Positions 11,614 through 24,507 of a stretch of DNA of 64,000 nt are shown piece by piece. Within the stretch, counting starts at the first letter, position 1, and each line of letters opens with the position of its first letter. The stretch comes from Mobula birostris (lineage: Eukaryota). The stretch covers positions 21,624,427 to 21,688,426 of the forward strand of contig NC_092390.1 in assembly GCF_030028105.1 (NCBI RefSeq). Reading direction: 5' to 3'. The position numbers and the translations under genes are program-made. The notes below the pieces were generated by a model. It ran no database searches. It was not told where the DNA came from and saw only the letters and a program-made list of their open reading frames with translations.

Positions 11614-12672
11614 TGAATTGAATTGAATTGACTTTATTACTTACATTCTTCATATCCACAAGGAGTAAAAATCTTTACATTACATCTCTATCTAAATGTG
11701 CAATGTGCAATTTATAGTAATTTATAATAAATAGTGTGTACAACAGCACAGTCAGTATAACATAGAAATACAATTGTGTCAGCATGAATTAATCAGTCTG
11801 ATGGCCTGGTGGAAGAAGCTACCCTGGAGCCTGTTGGTCCTGGCTTTTATGCTGCGGTACCGTTTCCTGGATGGTAGCAGCTGGAACAGTTTGTGGTTGG
11901 GTGCCTTTTTCACCACATAGCTGGTATGTACAGACCACGTGAGATTGTCAGTGATGTGTATGCCGAGGAACTTAAAGCTGTTCACCCTCTCAACCCCAGA
12001 TCCATTGATGTCAATTGGGGTTAGCCTGTCTTCATTCCTCCTGTAGTCCACAACCAGCTCCTTTGTTTTTGCAACATTGAGGGAGAGGTTGTTTTCTTGA
12101 CACCACTGTGTCAGGTTGATGACTTCTTCCCTGTAGGCTGCCTCATTATTATTTGAGATTAGGCCTATCAGTGTATTGTCATCAGCAAATTTAATTAGCA
12201 GATTGGAGTTGAGGGTGGCATCACAGTCAAGGTCAGAGGGGCAGAGGTGAGGGAGCCCACTCTTACCACCTGCTGGCAGTCTGACAGGAAGTCCAGGATC
12301 CAGCTACACAAGGCAGGGTGAAGGCCGAGTTCTCTGAGCTTCTTGTCGAGTCTGGAGGGAATTAAGGAGTTGAATGCTAAACTGTAGTCCAAGATCAGCA
12401 TTCTCACATAAGCATCCTTTTTCCCCAGATGTGTAAGGACGGTGTGTAGAGCTGTGGCTATTGCGTCATCTGTCGATCAGTTGTGTCGGTGGGCGAATTG
12501 TAGGGGGTCCAGTGTGGGTGGTAGCATGCTGCAGATGTAGTACTTAACCAGCTTCTCAAAGCATTTGCTTATTATTGAGGTGAGTGAGACAGGACATCAG
12601 TCATTCAGACATGTTACCTTGGTCTTTTGAGGTACAGGAACAATGGCGGATGTTTTGAAGCAGAAGGGCGAC
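11614..12672 (-). mobile_element. Rex1/Babar LINE 3' fragment
   Basis: (ATTCA)n tail; VERVNSFKFLGIHITDNLTWS, MLILDYSLAFNSLIP, LLPSRKRYRSIK. Confidence 0.85.
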
Positions 12673-12845
12673 AGTGAAGAAAATGATCAGGTTCACAAGT
12701 GACTCGATGAGTTAGAGAAGTGGGCCAAAGAATGGCAAATGGATTTCAATAGGTGATGCATTTTGGAAAGTCTTTCCCCATGAATGGCAGAGTACCAGGG
12801 AGTGCAATAGAACAGGGAGACCAAGGAATACGAGTACATAACTGG

Positions 12846-14535
12846 AAATGGAATTGTTTTATTATGATCACATCTCCAAAATACAGTGAAAAGCACTGAT
12901 CAATTCATTACAGAGTGCATTGAGACTGCACATGGTAAAACAATTTCAGAATGCAGAATAAAGAGTAACATCTAGAGAGCTACATAATATGGTCCGAGAT
13001 CATAGCAAGGTAGATTGTGAGGTCAGGAGTCCATCTTTTCTTACTAGGAACGGTAGGGTAGAAGCTGTGCTTCAGCCTAGTGGTACGTGTTGTCAGTCTT
13101 CTGTATCTTCGGTCCAATGGAAGAGGGTATAAGTGAGAATTCCAGGGCTGCGGAGTCTTTGAGTAAGTTGGCTGCTTTACAGGGACACTGAAAAGTATAG
13201 GCGAAGTCCATGGTGGTAATCAAGCAACACACATAAAAGTTGCTAGTGTACACAGCAGGCCAGGCAGCATCTCTAGGAAGAGGTATAGTTGATGTTTCGA
13301 GCCGAGACCCTTCTTCAGGACTAACTGAAAGCTGGTTTCTTGCAGTCACAGGCAGAACAGTTGCCATTCCAAGCGGTGATGCATCCAGATAGACACTTCC
13401 TGAGGGAGGTTGATAAAAATTGGTAAGGGTCAATGACCAGCTCTCCAATTTTGCAGACGTTCGTCAAAAGGTTGTTGTCATGACATCGTGTCGCTAAGCT
13501 CTCCATCTCCTTCCTGTACTCTGACTCATCATTATCTGAGATATGGCCCACTGCAGTGGTATCATTTGCAAAGTTGTTGATGGAGTTTGAGCATAACGGG
13601 GCTATGCCATCATGAATGCACAGGGAGAAGAGTGAGAGACTGAGGACACACCCTTATGGGGCACCAGTGCTGAGAATAATTGTGGTGGAGGTTTTGCTGC
13701 CTATCCTTACTGATTGAGGTCTGTTCGTCAGGAAGGCAAGCATCCACTTGCAGAGGTTGCTTGTTGACTCCAAGTTCTCAGAGTTTGGTGATGAATTTGC
13801 TTGGAATTAGAGTATTGAAGGTGGAGCTGTAGTCAATAAACAATAGTTTAACCAAGGTGTCTACTGGCCAGACGTTCCAGAGTCACAGTAAGTGTAGGGC
13901 CAGGGAGATGGCATCAGTCGCAGACCTGTTTCAGCGATAGGTGAACTGCTGGTTGATCTGCACAAGGTGTAAGGTTACGGGCAGGAACATCATCTGGACC
14001 AGATGTTGCTCATGAGTCCACTCTCCGAAAGCCAGACCTTCCATCTGCAATGGTGGCTATGGATTCAAGTGCATTTGACATAGCAATCCCCTTCTGTTCA
14101 AAATATGCATTAAATTCATCGGGAAGGGACGTTGTGCTTTTGTGCTATTGTCAGTGATGTTGCCAGACTTTGTTTTTGACCCATTATAACATGTAAGCCC
14201 AGCGATAACTGATGGCTGCTTTAGGACTCGATTTTGGAGTAGTATATCTTGGTATCTCTGATAGCTTTACAGAGATCATATCTTGATTTCTTGTAAAGGT
14301 CAGGGTCATCTGATTTGAATGGTGTAGTCCTAAGCTTCAGTAGGGAGTGTATCTTCCAGTACATCGTGGTTTCTAGTTTGGGAACACAATTATCCTCTTT
14401 GGTATACAGCACTCAACACACTTGCTGAAAATCCATGATGGTGGGACATACTCATCTAGACCGTTAGCTGGGTCTTCGAACATGGACCGGTCCACTGACT
14501 CATAGCAGTCATATACAATCAGAAACAAGAGAACA
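12846..14535 (-). mobile_element. Degraded Rex1/Babar LINE
   Basis: ISDNDESEYRKE, FKSDDPDLYKKSRYDL, IVFPN fragments. Confidence 0.75.
13222..13330 (-). mobile_element. Penelope-derived short repeat with hammerhead core
   Basis: Minus strand reads TCCTGAAGAAGGGTCTCGGCTCGAAACATC...GATGCTGCCTGGCCTGCTG; same family as 58514-58905. Confidence 0.75.
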
Positions 14536-14544
14536 TCTGTAATG

Positions 14545-16255
14545 CTTGTTTGTGGTTGGACTACTACACTGCGACGTCTCTTCCAGAGATGCCTACCGTG
14601 AACAAGTTTAAATCTTCCCTTCGACAGGAGTTTAGTGAAACCCTTTCTCACTGCTCCCCCTCTGTGATCTCTGCTGTCCTCTGACACTTCGACCACGTGC
14701 TTACCCAGAACAGCTACCACAGCCACATATCCTTCCTGGAAACATATCTCAGCCACCAGTTTGTACCACATGGCTTACAGATTCGTTTTCAAGCCTCTCA
14801 ATTTGGACCCTCTGAGGACCCCAGGTATTCACATTCAATCGACTGCTTCTTCTAGCATGTTCTACGCACCACGCTTTCCACCATGAGAAGGTACCTAGGG
14901 TCTCTACCCAGTCACCTACACAACTCTGGGATTCTCTCTGCGTTGCCTGCAATGAACTTGTCTATTACTTTATCCTCCACCGGATCCACGCTTTCAGTTG
15001 CTGGTTCTTCAACTTTCTCATGTCCAGCAAGGATCAGCAGATTACCTGTCCACAGACTACAGAGCCTGCTGACTCCAATGCCCACATGCACGGGTGTCTC
15101 CAGATCGCAATCCCTGTTACTGACTTCAACGGTTCTAACAATCCCAAGCAGATACAAGGCCCGGAATCCACCACCACCAATGCGGGTTCCAACGACCTCG
15201 GCCACCTTCAAAGTGCCGATTGTGCAACCTCCAACTCTGACTCCAACCTTCACCATCAACGCTGCCCTCAACCACATCTCTTCTATTTCACACACGTCTC
15301 CCCTCAGCCCATCCTCCCACCACCCCACCAGGGATAGGGGTCTCTTGTCCTCACCTACCACCCCACCAGTCTTTGTGCCCAGTGCATTCTCTGTAACTTC
15401 CACCATTTCCCACCACTAAGCACATCTTTTCCTCCCCCGTACTTTCTGCTTTCCACAGGGATCACTCCCTAAGCGACTCCTTTGTCCGTTCATCCCTTCC
15501 CACTGATCTCCCTCCTGGCATTTATCCTTGCAAACAGAGCAAGTGCTACACCTGTCACGATACCTCCTCCCTTTCTACCATTCAGGGCCACAAACAGTCC
15601 TGCCAGGCCAGGCGACACTTCACCTGTGAGTCTGTTGGGGTCATCTACTGTATCCGGTGCTCCAGGTGTGGCCTCCTGTACATCGGTGAGGCCCGGCATA
15701 GATTAGGAGACTGCTTTGCCAAGCATCTATGCTCTGTGTGCCAGAAAAAAGTGAGATCTCTCAGTGGCCACACACTTTAATTCCACTTCCCATTCCCATT
15801 CCGACATGTCAGTCTACGGCCTCCTCTACTGCCGCGATGAGACTACACTCAGGTTGGAGGAACAACACCTTACATTCTGCCTGGGTAGGCTTCAGCCTGA
15901 TGGCATGAACTTCAATTTCTCGAACTTCCGTAATTGCGCCCTCCCCCTTCACCATTCTCATTCCCGTTTCCCTCTCTCACGTTATCTCTTTACCTGCCCA
16001 TCACCTCCCTCTGGTGCTCCTCCCCCTTTCCTTTCTTCCATGGCCTTCTGTCTTCTCCTGTTAGATTCCCCCTTTTCCAGCACTGTATCTCTTTCACCAA
16101 TCAGCTTCCCAGCTGTTTATTTTATCCCCCCTCCCAGTTTCACCTTTCACCTTGTGTTTCTTCCTCCCCTCCCCCCATTTTTGAACTCTGACGCCTCATC
16201 TTTTTTTCTCCAGTTCTGATGAAGGGTCTTGGCCCAAAACCTTGACTATACCCTT
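14545..16255 (+). mobile_element. Penelope-like element, internally deleted (N-terminus plus GIY-YIG endonuclease, no RT core)
   Basis: HFTCESVGVIYCIRCSRCGLLYIGE (~15617-15690) is a GIY-YIG motif, followed by VATHFN...RLEEQHL..LG.LQPDGMN; pyrimidine-rich 3'UTR and decayed CTGATGA hammerhead core at ~16216. Confidence 0.85.
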
Positions 16256-16259
16256 TACA

Positions 16260-18290
16260 AGATGATCTATTTGTTCAGACCATCACCTGCAGAAATGTGG
16301 CAAGTGTTCAGAGAACATTTGCATGGCGCTCTTCATAGGTAAGTTCCATTGAGGCACGGAAAGGATGGTGGGGTAAAAGAACTATGGTGTACAAAGGACG
16401 TAGAAAATCTAGTTAAGAAAAAAAGAAAAGCTTATGAAAGGTTCAAGAAGCTAGGTAGTGTTAGAACTCAAAAAAATTACAAGGGTGCCAGGAAAGAACT
16501 CCAGAATGAAATTAGGAGAGCCAGAAAGGGCTATGAGAAGGCCTTGGTGAACAGGATTAAGGAAAACCCCAAGGCATTCTCCTAGTCTGTAAAGAGCAAT
16601 AGGATGAGCCATGTGAGAATAGGACCAATCAAGAGCGAGAGTGGAAACGTGTGCATGGAGCCAGAGGAGGTAGCAGAGGTACTTAATGAATACTTTGCTT
16701 CAGTATTTACCAGTGAAGAGGATCTTAATAATTGTGGAGATCACTTACAGCAGACTGAAACACTTGAGTATATAAACATTAAGAAAGAGGATGTGCTGGA
16801 GCTTTTGAAAGTTATTAAGTTAGATAAGTTGCTGGAACTGGACAAGATATATCCCAGGCTACTATGGGAAGCGAGAGATGAGATTGCTAAGCATGATCTT
16901 TGCATCATCAATAAGGACAGGAGAAATACCAGAGGATTGAAAGGTTGCAAACCATTGTTCCCTTGTTCAAAAAAAGGGAGTAGAGATAACCCAGGAAATT
17001 ATAGACCAATGAGTCTTACTTCAGTAGTGGGCAAGTTGTTGCGGAAGGTCCTGAGAGGCAGGATTTCTGAGCATTTGGAGAGACCTAATCTGATTAAGGA
17101 TAGCCAGCATGGCTTTGTCAAGGGCAGGTCACGTCTTACAAGACTGATTGAGGATGTAACAAAAAACACATTGATGAAAGTAGAGCAGTGGATGTATTGT
17201 ATATGGATTTAAGTAAGGCAATTGATAAGGTTCCCCATGCGAGACTCATTCAGAAAGTAAAGAGGCATGGAATCCAAGGAATCTTCGGTTTGTGGATCCA
17301 GAATTGGCTTGCCCACAGGAGGCACAGGGTGGTTGTAGATGGTTCGCATTTTGCATGGAGGACAGTGACCAGTGGTGTTCTGCAGAGATCTGTTCTGGGA
17401 TCCCTCCTCTTTATGATTTTTTAAATAAATGATCTGGATGAGGAAGCAGAAGGGTGGGTTAGTAAGTTTGGTGATGACACAAAAGTTGTGGGTGTTGTGC
17501 ATAGTCTGGAGGGTTGTCAGAGATTACAGCACGACATCGATAGGATGCAGAACTGGGCTGAGAAGTGGCAGATGGAGTTAAGACTCTTGGCAGTGTGGAG
17601 GATCAGTGAGATCTTGGAGTCCAAGTCCACAGGACACTCAAAGCTGCTGTGCAGGTTGACAGTGTTGTTAAGATGGTGTGATGGCCTTCATCAACCTTGA
17701 GATTGAGTTCAAGAACCGTGAGGTAATGTTACAGCTATATAAGACCTTAGTTAGACCCCGCTTGGAGTTCTGGTCACCTCACTAGAGGAAGGATGTGGAT
17801 ACTATAGAAAGAGTGCAGAGGAGATTTACAAGGATGTTGCCTGGGTTGGAGAGCATGCTTTATGAGAATAGATTGAGTGAACTCGGCCTCTTCTCCTTGG
17901 AGCAATGCAGGATGAGGGGTGACCTGATAGAGGTGTATAAGATGATAAGAGGCATTGATTGTGTGGATAGCCAAAGGTTTTTCCCAAGGCTGAAATGGCT
18001 AACGTGAGGGGGCATAGTTTTGAGGTGCTTGGAAGTAGTTACAAGGGGAATGTCAGAGGCAAGTTTTTCACACCGGGAGCGGTGGGTGCGTGGAACGCAC
18101 TGCCAGCGACAGTGGTGGAGGCAGGTACAATAGGGTCTTTTAAGAGACTCTTAGATGGGTACATGGAGCTTAGAAAAATAGAGGGCTATGCGGTAGGGAA
18201 ATTCTAGGCAGTTTCTAGACTAGGTTACATGGTCGACACAACATTGTGGGCCGAAGGGCCTGTAATGTGCTGTAGATTTCTATGTATGAC
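16260..18290 (+). mobile_element. CR1 LINE ORF2 (RT), frameshifted, with 3' tail
   Basis: GNYRPMSLTS, SQHGFVKG, VTSGVLQ.SVLG, ERVQRRFTRMLPG; tail TTCTATGTATG. Confidence 0.92.
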
Positions 18291-20137
18291 TTTCTGTACT
18301 GGATCCTCCCATTTCAGGTTCTGTTTGTATGCGGGGAGAAGTAGCACGCCTGGTGGTCTGACTTAACAAAGTGTTGATGGTGGATGGCTCAGTAGCCATC
18401 TTTGATAATTGGGTAGCAATGGTCAGGTTGTTTGGACCCTGGTGGGACAGGAGACATGCAGGTAGTGTTTGGTGGCACACTCTTTAAGTTGGCCTGATTG
18501 ATGTCAACAGCAATAATGAAAAGGGCCTCAGGTTATCCTGTTGACCACAGTGTAGCGTTTATTAATTGCAGGCTTCACATCACCTGGCGGGAGATGTAAA
18601 CTGCCGTCATGATAGCTAACATCAACTCCTGAGGCAGGCAGTACGGGCAGTACTTCACTGTTAGGCACTGTATTTCAGGCTGGGTGAACAAAATCTTTTC
18701 AGAACACTCACACCTGAGCACTGCAAGATGTTAATCAGGAAGTAGACCCGTCAGAATCAGAATCTTTTGTTATCACTGACGTATGTTGCGATATTTGTTG
18801 TTTTGCGGCAGCTGTCCAGTGCAAGACATAAACACGTTGCTATAAATCACAATTAAAATCAATAAATAGCGTGAAAGAGGAGTAACAAGGTAGTTTTCAT
18901 GTGTTCATGGACGCACTGAACGTAACATTGCTCAAGGTACGGTACATCCAGTAAATGGAGGAGCCCTCAGTTGAATGACACAGTCATGTGAAGCAGGTGT
19001 AAGCCATGGTTCAGTGAGACATTTATAAAGACAAGTCCCTCAGTTCTCTCTGGTAGGTCAGTCTTTCCCTTCGTTCCATCAACTTTGTTCTCAACGGCCC
19101 AGACTTCAGCTACAAGTATGTAGGGCATCCCAGCCCTCTCCTCAGGCTGTATCCAGTCCGTCCTAAGAGTTGTGGAGTGAAGCCACCTGGACTGGACTGG
19201 AATGTGAGTGTCTGCTTAACGTCAGACCTGGAGGGGATTCAGTAGGTCTGTGAAGTTTGCTGTTGCTCCCATACTGAGGAGTGGGCTGTCCCAGCAGGTA
19301 AGTGGGGGATTCAGCATCAGGACTCAGTCCCAGGTGCTCCATAGGGTTGGGCTTCCAATCCGGAGGGACCTCTGCAATGAGCGCCCCCGCGAGTCAGACC
19401 CACGTCGGGTCAGGCCTCAGGAATGAGTCCCTGCTGCCTCCGTGGATCAGGCCGTAATTCATCAAAAGCAGCATCAGATGCATTCAAGGCAGTGAAAAAG
19501 ACATTTAACATACTGTTAAATCGGTAGCAATTTTATTAGTCACTTGAGTATTTGCACTGCCAACTAGGAACTGGTTAGTTGAAGTCGGGTGAGACAAAGC
19601 TGTTGACAAGTCGACCACAACGAAAACAAGTTTGTCAGGTCAGCTAAGAGCATTGTGTCTTCCGAGTACAGGAACCCTGGTATTTGGACTTTGAGTCTTT
19701 AACGTGGTAAGTGCAACCTAGATCATTTTATCTCAATTACTTAAATACTTTAGTGCAGCTATGGTGAGCCAAGTGATAGGTTGCAGCTGTAGATTGCATG
19801 TTGGGCTGGAGGGCCCATTTCTCTGCTGTGACAAGTAGAAATAAATGAATACAATCTCAGAAATATAGATGCACAGTTTGGGAATTAAATGTTAGTGCCA
19901 TGGAATTTTACAACACAGAAGCAGACCATTGAGACCAACGTGTCCATGCCAATCAGAGTGCATTCCTGGGCTAGTTCCATTTGCCTTCCTTTAGTCTATA
20001 TCCCTCCAAATCAGGAGTACCCAGCCTTTTTTATGCCTTGCAGCCTTACCATTAACTGAGGGGACCCTTGCTCTAAATCATTCTTATTAATTAATCTATC
20101 AAAATGTCCTTGAACATTGGTGTTCATCATCAAGTTA

Positions 20138-20285
20138 TAAACACAAGAGATTCTGCAGGTGCCGGAAATCCAGAGTAACACACACAAAATGCTGGAGGGG
20201 TTTGGCCTGAAATATTAACTGTTTATTCCACTCCACAAATGCTGCACGATCTGCTGAATTCCTCCAGCATTTTATGTGTGATGTT
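20138..20285. mobile_element. Penelope-derived short element with inverted arms
   Basis: CACACAAAATGCTGGAGG ... CCTCCAGCATTTTATGTG inverted pair. Confidence 0.65.
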
Positions 20286-20289
20286 CAGC

Positions 20290-21985
20290 ACCAGACTCTG
20301 GCCCTGGAAGTAGTGCCTCCCTTTGCAACTGCGTTTTTAAATTCCTGACCAACAGACTGCAATCAGTAAGCATGGGTAACACCGCCTCAATTACTCCCTG
20401 TACACTCATGACTGGATGGCCAAATTCTTCCCTGACTTCGTCTACACGTTTACAGATGATATCACAATAGTGGGTGGTTTCTCCACTATCACAGTAGTCA
20501 GTGTACAGGAAGGAGATGGAGAGATAGAGTGCTTAGTAACATGGTGCCATACAAACAACCTTTCTCTCAACATCAGCTAAAGAAAAGAGCTGGACATTTA
20601 CTTCAGGAAGAGGGTGTGTGGTGCAAATGCTCCAGTGTCCATCAATGGTTGAGAGAGTTGAGACATCAAGTTCCTGGAGTGAACATCATTAAAAGCCCTG
20701 GGAGTCAATGCCTCCCTCTGCAACTAGGTTCCTGACTTCCTAACCAGCAGACCACAATCAGTAAGTACACCCCCCCCCCCGGGAAACTCTTCTTCAGGAC
20801 TGAAAAGGAAGGAGGAAGATGCCAGAATAAAAAGGTGGGGGGGGGGTAGTGAAGGAGGATAGCGAGAAGGTGATAGGTGAAGCCAGGTGGGTGGGAAAGG
20901 TAAAGGGCTGGAGAAGAAGGAATCTGATAGGAGAGGAGTGTCAATCATAGGAGAAAGGGAAGGGTGGGAAACCCAACACCTCTGTCACAATTATTCTAAA
21001 CACTAGTGTTCCACAAGGTTGCTTCCTCAGCCCCATACTCTACTCCTTGTACTCTCATGAGTACATGGCCGTATTCTGCTCTAACTCCATCTACAAGTTT
21101 GCAGATGAAATCACTGTAGTGGGCTGTATCTCAAATAATGTCACATTGGAGTACAGGAAGGAGATAAGAGAGCTAAATAACATAGTGTCATGACAGCAAA
21201 CTTTCCCTCGGTATTAGCAAAACAAAAAAAAACTGACTTCAGGAAGGGGGAAGGGTGCATTGCATATGCTCCTGTCTACATGAAAGGCATTGAGGTTGAG
21301 AGGATTGAGAGCTTCAGGTTTCTAAATAATCAGCAATAGCCTGTCCTGATCCGACCATCTAGGTGTTATGGCCAATAAAGCTTTTCAATGCCTCTGCTTC
21401 TCTACTTCCTGAGGATGCTAAAGAAATTCAGCATGTCCCCATTGACTCGTACCATTTTTATTGATGCACTGTAGAAAGCATCCTCTCTGGATTAATATTG
21501 CCTTCGTACGGCAACTGCTCTATGCATGACCACAAGAAACTGCAGAGCTGTGGACAGAGCTCAATACATCACAGAAAACAGCCTCCCCTCTGTGGACTCT
21601 GTCTACACTGCTTGTAGCATCGGGAAAACAGCCATCAGTAAATCAGAGACCCCACCGACTCCAGACAATCTCTTCTCCTCTCTCCCATTGGGCAGAGGAT
21701 TCAAAAGCTTGAAAGCATGTATCACCAAACTCAAGGATGGCTTCTACTCTGCTGTTATAAGACTGTTAAATGGTTCCCTAGAATGATAAATTGGACTCTT
21801 GGCCTCATAATCTACCTGGTTATGATCATGCACCCTTATTGTTTACCTGCCCTGCACTTTCACTGTAGCTGTTACACTTTATTTTGCTGTGTTCTACTTC
21901 AATGCACTGTTGTAATGATCCGATCTGTATGGATAGTATGTAAATGAGATTTTCATTGTATCTTGGTACATGTGACAATAATAAA
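20290..21985 (+). mobile_element. Degraded Rex1/Babar RT/3' fragments with a nested Penelope 3' fragment (~20775-20970, minus)
   Basis: CCACAAGG..CTCAGCCCC (PQG..LSP) and AAGTTTGCAGATG (KFAD) motifs; AATAAACCAATTCC tail. Confidence 0.75.
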
Positions 21986-23100
21986 CCAATTCCACTCCCA
22001 TTCCAGGTATTGTATCCGCCTCTACCATTTCCTCTAGCAGCTCATTCCATATACCCATCCCATTGGGTGGAAAACCTACTGCTCAGTTTCTGTTTAAATC
22101 TTTCTAATTTCATCTTAAACCTATGTGCTCTAGTTTTAGACCCCCATACTGTAAATCAAAAAATATAATCAGTTTGGATGGAGTTAAGAAACAGGAAGGT
22201 GCAGAAAGTATTGATAGGGACAGTACTGTATATAGCCTCCAAACAGTACTGGTATTCTAAAACATAGTATAACCAGAAAATCAAAAGTGCACATTATGAA
22301 GTTAACACAACAATTACAGGGGGTGGGGCTTTTGTAGGACAAACAGGGTAAGAGAAGGAGTGAAGATATAGTAAATGGAATATTACCTGGAAATAGTTGC
22401 GGTCATCTACTTCAGTAGAAAAATAGAAAGGCAGACTATGAATGATTGAAAACATAGTTTTCAGGAGGATCTGGAAGTCTTTGTTCATGAATGACTGAAA
22501 GTTAAAAAGTTCAGAATTTTTAAGGCAGATGATATGCTAGTATTTATTGCAAGAGGATTTAAATACAAAAGCAGAGACTTCCTCCTTCAATTATATAGAA
22601 GATTAGTGAGACTGCATCTGAAATATTGTACACAGTCCTAGCCTTCCTTCAGAAGAAAGGATATACATAATCATGAAAGGGGGAATGTAGTGAAGATTTT
22701 TCATCGCTTACAGGGCTGGAGACTTTTGTCATTGATTGAAAGATTAAGTAGATGAGTACATAGAATAGTCACATAAATATGTACAATATTTGTTAGGGGC
22801 TTGTGAGAGTAGATGCAGAGTTGAAAATTCCCTTGGTTAGAACCAAAACAGAGACACTCAAATGTATTTTACTTGTGGCTGAGATATCAATCTAGACTAA
22901 TCCAGCAGCATATTATTCAGGGCAGGGGCATACTATCAAAGTTGGTTATCTAAAGACTTTGTTTGGAATACTGAAACTATTTTAATTTTAGCTTAAATAT
23001 TTCTCATAAATCCAAATTATCCTTCATTGATGAAGGAGCTGCTTCTTCCATATGGTGTCTGCTCAATAATTAAAATGATATCTTTTCCTTTTTTAATCAG

Positions 23101-24008
23101 GTAACTTGGTGACAGTAGTGATTCTGTCCCGAGGAAAGTGTGGTCTTACCCAATGTATCTCTCGGTATTTGCTGGGCATGGCGGTGGCAGATCTCATGTT
23201 CCTTATCATGGCTGTAGTGTTGCACAGGATCAGTATGTTATATTTTCCAGATCTCCTTCTCCACACCACTCTGGTTTGTAGTGCCAGAGTTGTTCTAATT
23301 CTTATTGCCAGGGACAGCTCAGTCTGGCTAACTGTTGCTTTCACCTTTGATCGATTTATAGCTATTTGTTGCTCAAAGCTGAAAACAGAATTTTGCACCG
23401 AACGAATGGCTGCTGTTGTCATAGCAACAGTTTGTGCTGTGAGCTGCATAAAAAATATTCCTTGGTACTTCATATACGAGCCTCTGTATATAATCAACGA
23501 TGTCCCATGGTACTGTAATATTAAGTTAAGCTTTTACACTGATCTTCTATGGGCTATTCTCGAGTGGATTGACCGTATTTTAACTCCCTTTGCTCCCTTC
23601 CTCTTAATGTTAATTCTCAATGGCCTGACCGTCAGACACATTCTTGTGGCCAGTAGAGCTCGCAGGAGGCTCCAAGTCCAGAGTAATGGTGAGAAACAGA
23701 GTGACCCAGAGATGGAGAACAGGAGGAAGTCTATCATTTTGCTCTTTACCATCTCTGGAAGTTTTATCGTATTATGGATGGCCTACTTTTTAAACTTCCT
23801 TAATGTTCGAATTAAGAGTGGAAATTATTCAACGGGCTCTTCAAATGATCCAACATTCCTTTTCCAGGAGATTGGAATAATGCTGCAACTTCTCAGCTGT
23901 TCCACCAATACATGCACTTATGCTGCAACCCAGAGGAAATTTAGAGAGGAATTCATACATGGATTAACGTACCCTTTCAATCTGCTCATTAAAATGGTAA
24001 AGTCATAA
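23101..24008 (+). CDS. GPR139-like: GPR139-like class A GPCR, coding exon 2 (rest of TM1 to C-terminus); full protein 325 aa
   Basis: Polypyrimidine acceptor TTTTAATCAG| at 23100. Motifs GNLVTVVILSRGKCGL, MAVADL (TM2), FTFDRFIAICC (TM3), DPEMENRRKSIILL, FIVLW (TM6), CSTNTCTY (TM7). No internal stops. Confidence 0.93.
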
Positions 24009-24507
24009 AAACAGGTGAATTTGTCATCTATTAGATCCTGGCTTCATTTTATAACCCATCCTCTTCTCTTATTTCTTTTGCTCTAGCATATTAACCAGGA
24101 ATTTGTTGCTGATCATTCTATAAGCTACTCATTCTTGCACAGAATACATTACAGGTAGCTTGTGCTTTAAGTAGCATTGACTTGCATTCTTGAGTCTGTG
24201 AGTCCCTCTTTGGTTACAGGCTCTTTCAAATCACAGTGTCATTGCCTTCAGCCACAGTTGGGAAGAAAGTTTCTGAAATCGATTGCAGATTGAACTCTTC
24301 CACAAAAACATTGAAAATCAGTTGAGTCAGCCAGCAAAGCTCTAACAGCTTTTGAACCTCCCGAGATTCAGGGACAACAAAACTTATTCTAATAGGTGGT
24401 GTCAGTGATTGTTGGCAACGTTCTGTGGGCTGCAGACAATAGTTCTAAATATCCTTTTAAATATACCTTTTTGAATTGTTCGCACTGCAGTTTGCAAAAA
24501 AGCAATG

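Noticed and set aside
14883-15419. 164-178 aa ORFs as host genes
   Set aside because: They lie within the Penelope-like element and have low-complexity composition.
23106-23108. TTG as the GPCR start codon
   Set aside because: It is preceded by a canonical splice acceptor, and an in-phase ATG exon exists at 11105-11174.
23093-23752. Minus-strand ORFs overlapping the GPCR
   Set aside because: Antisense shadows of the GPCR exon with no recognisable domains.
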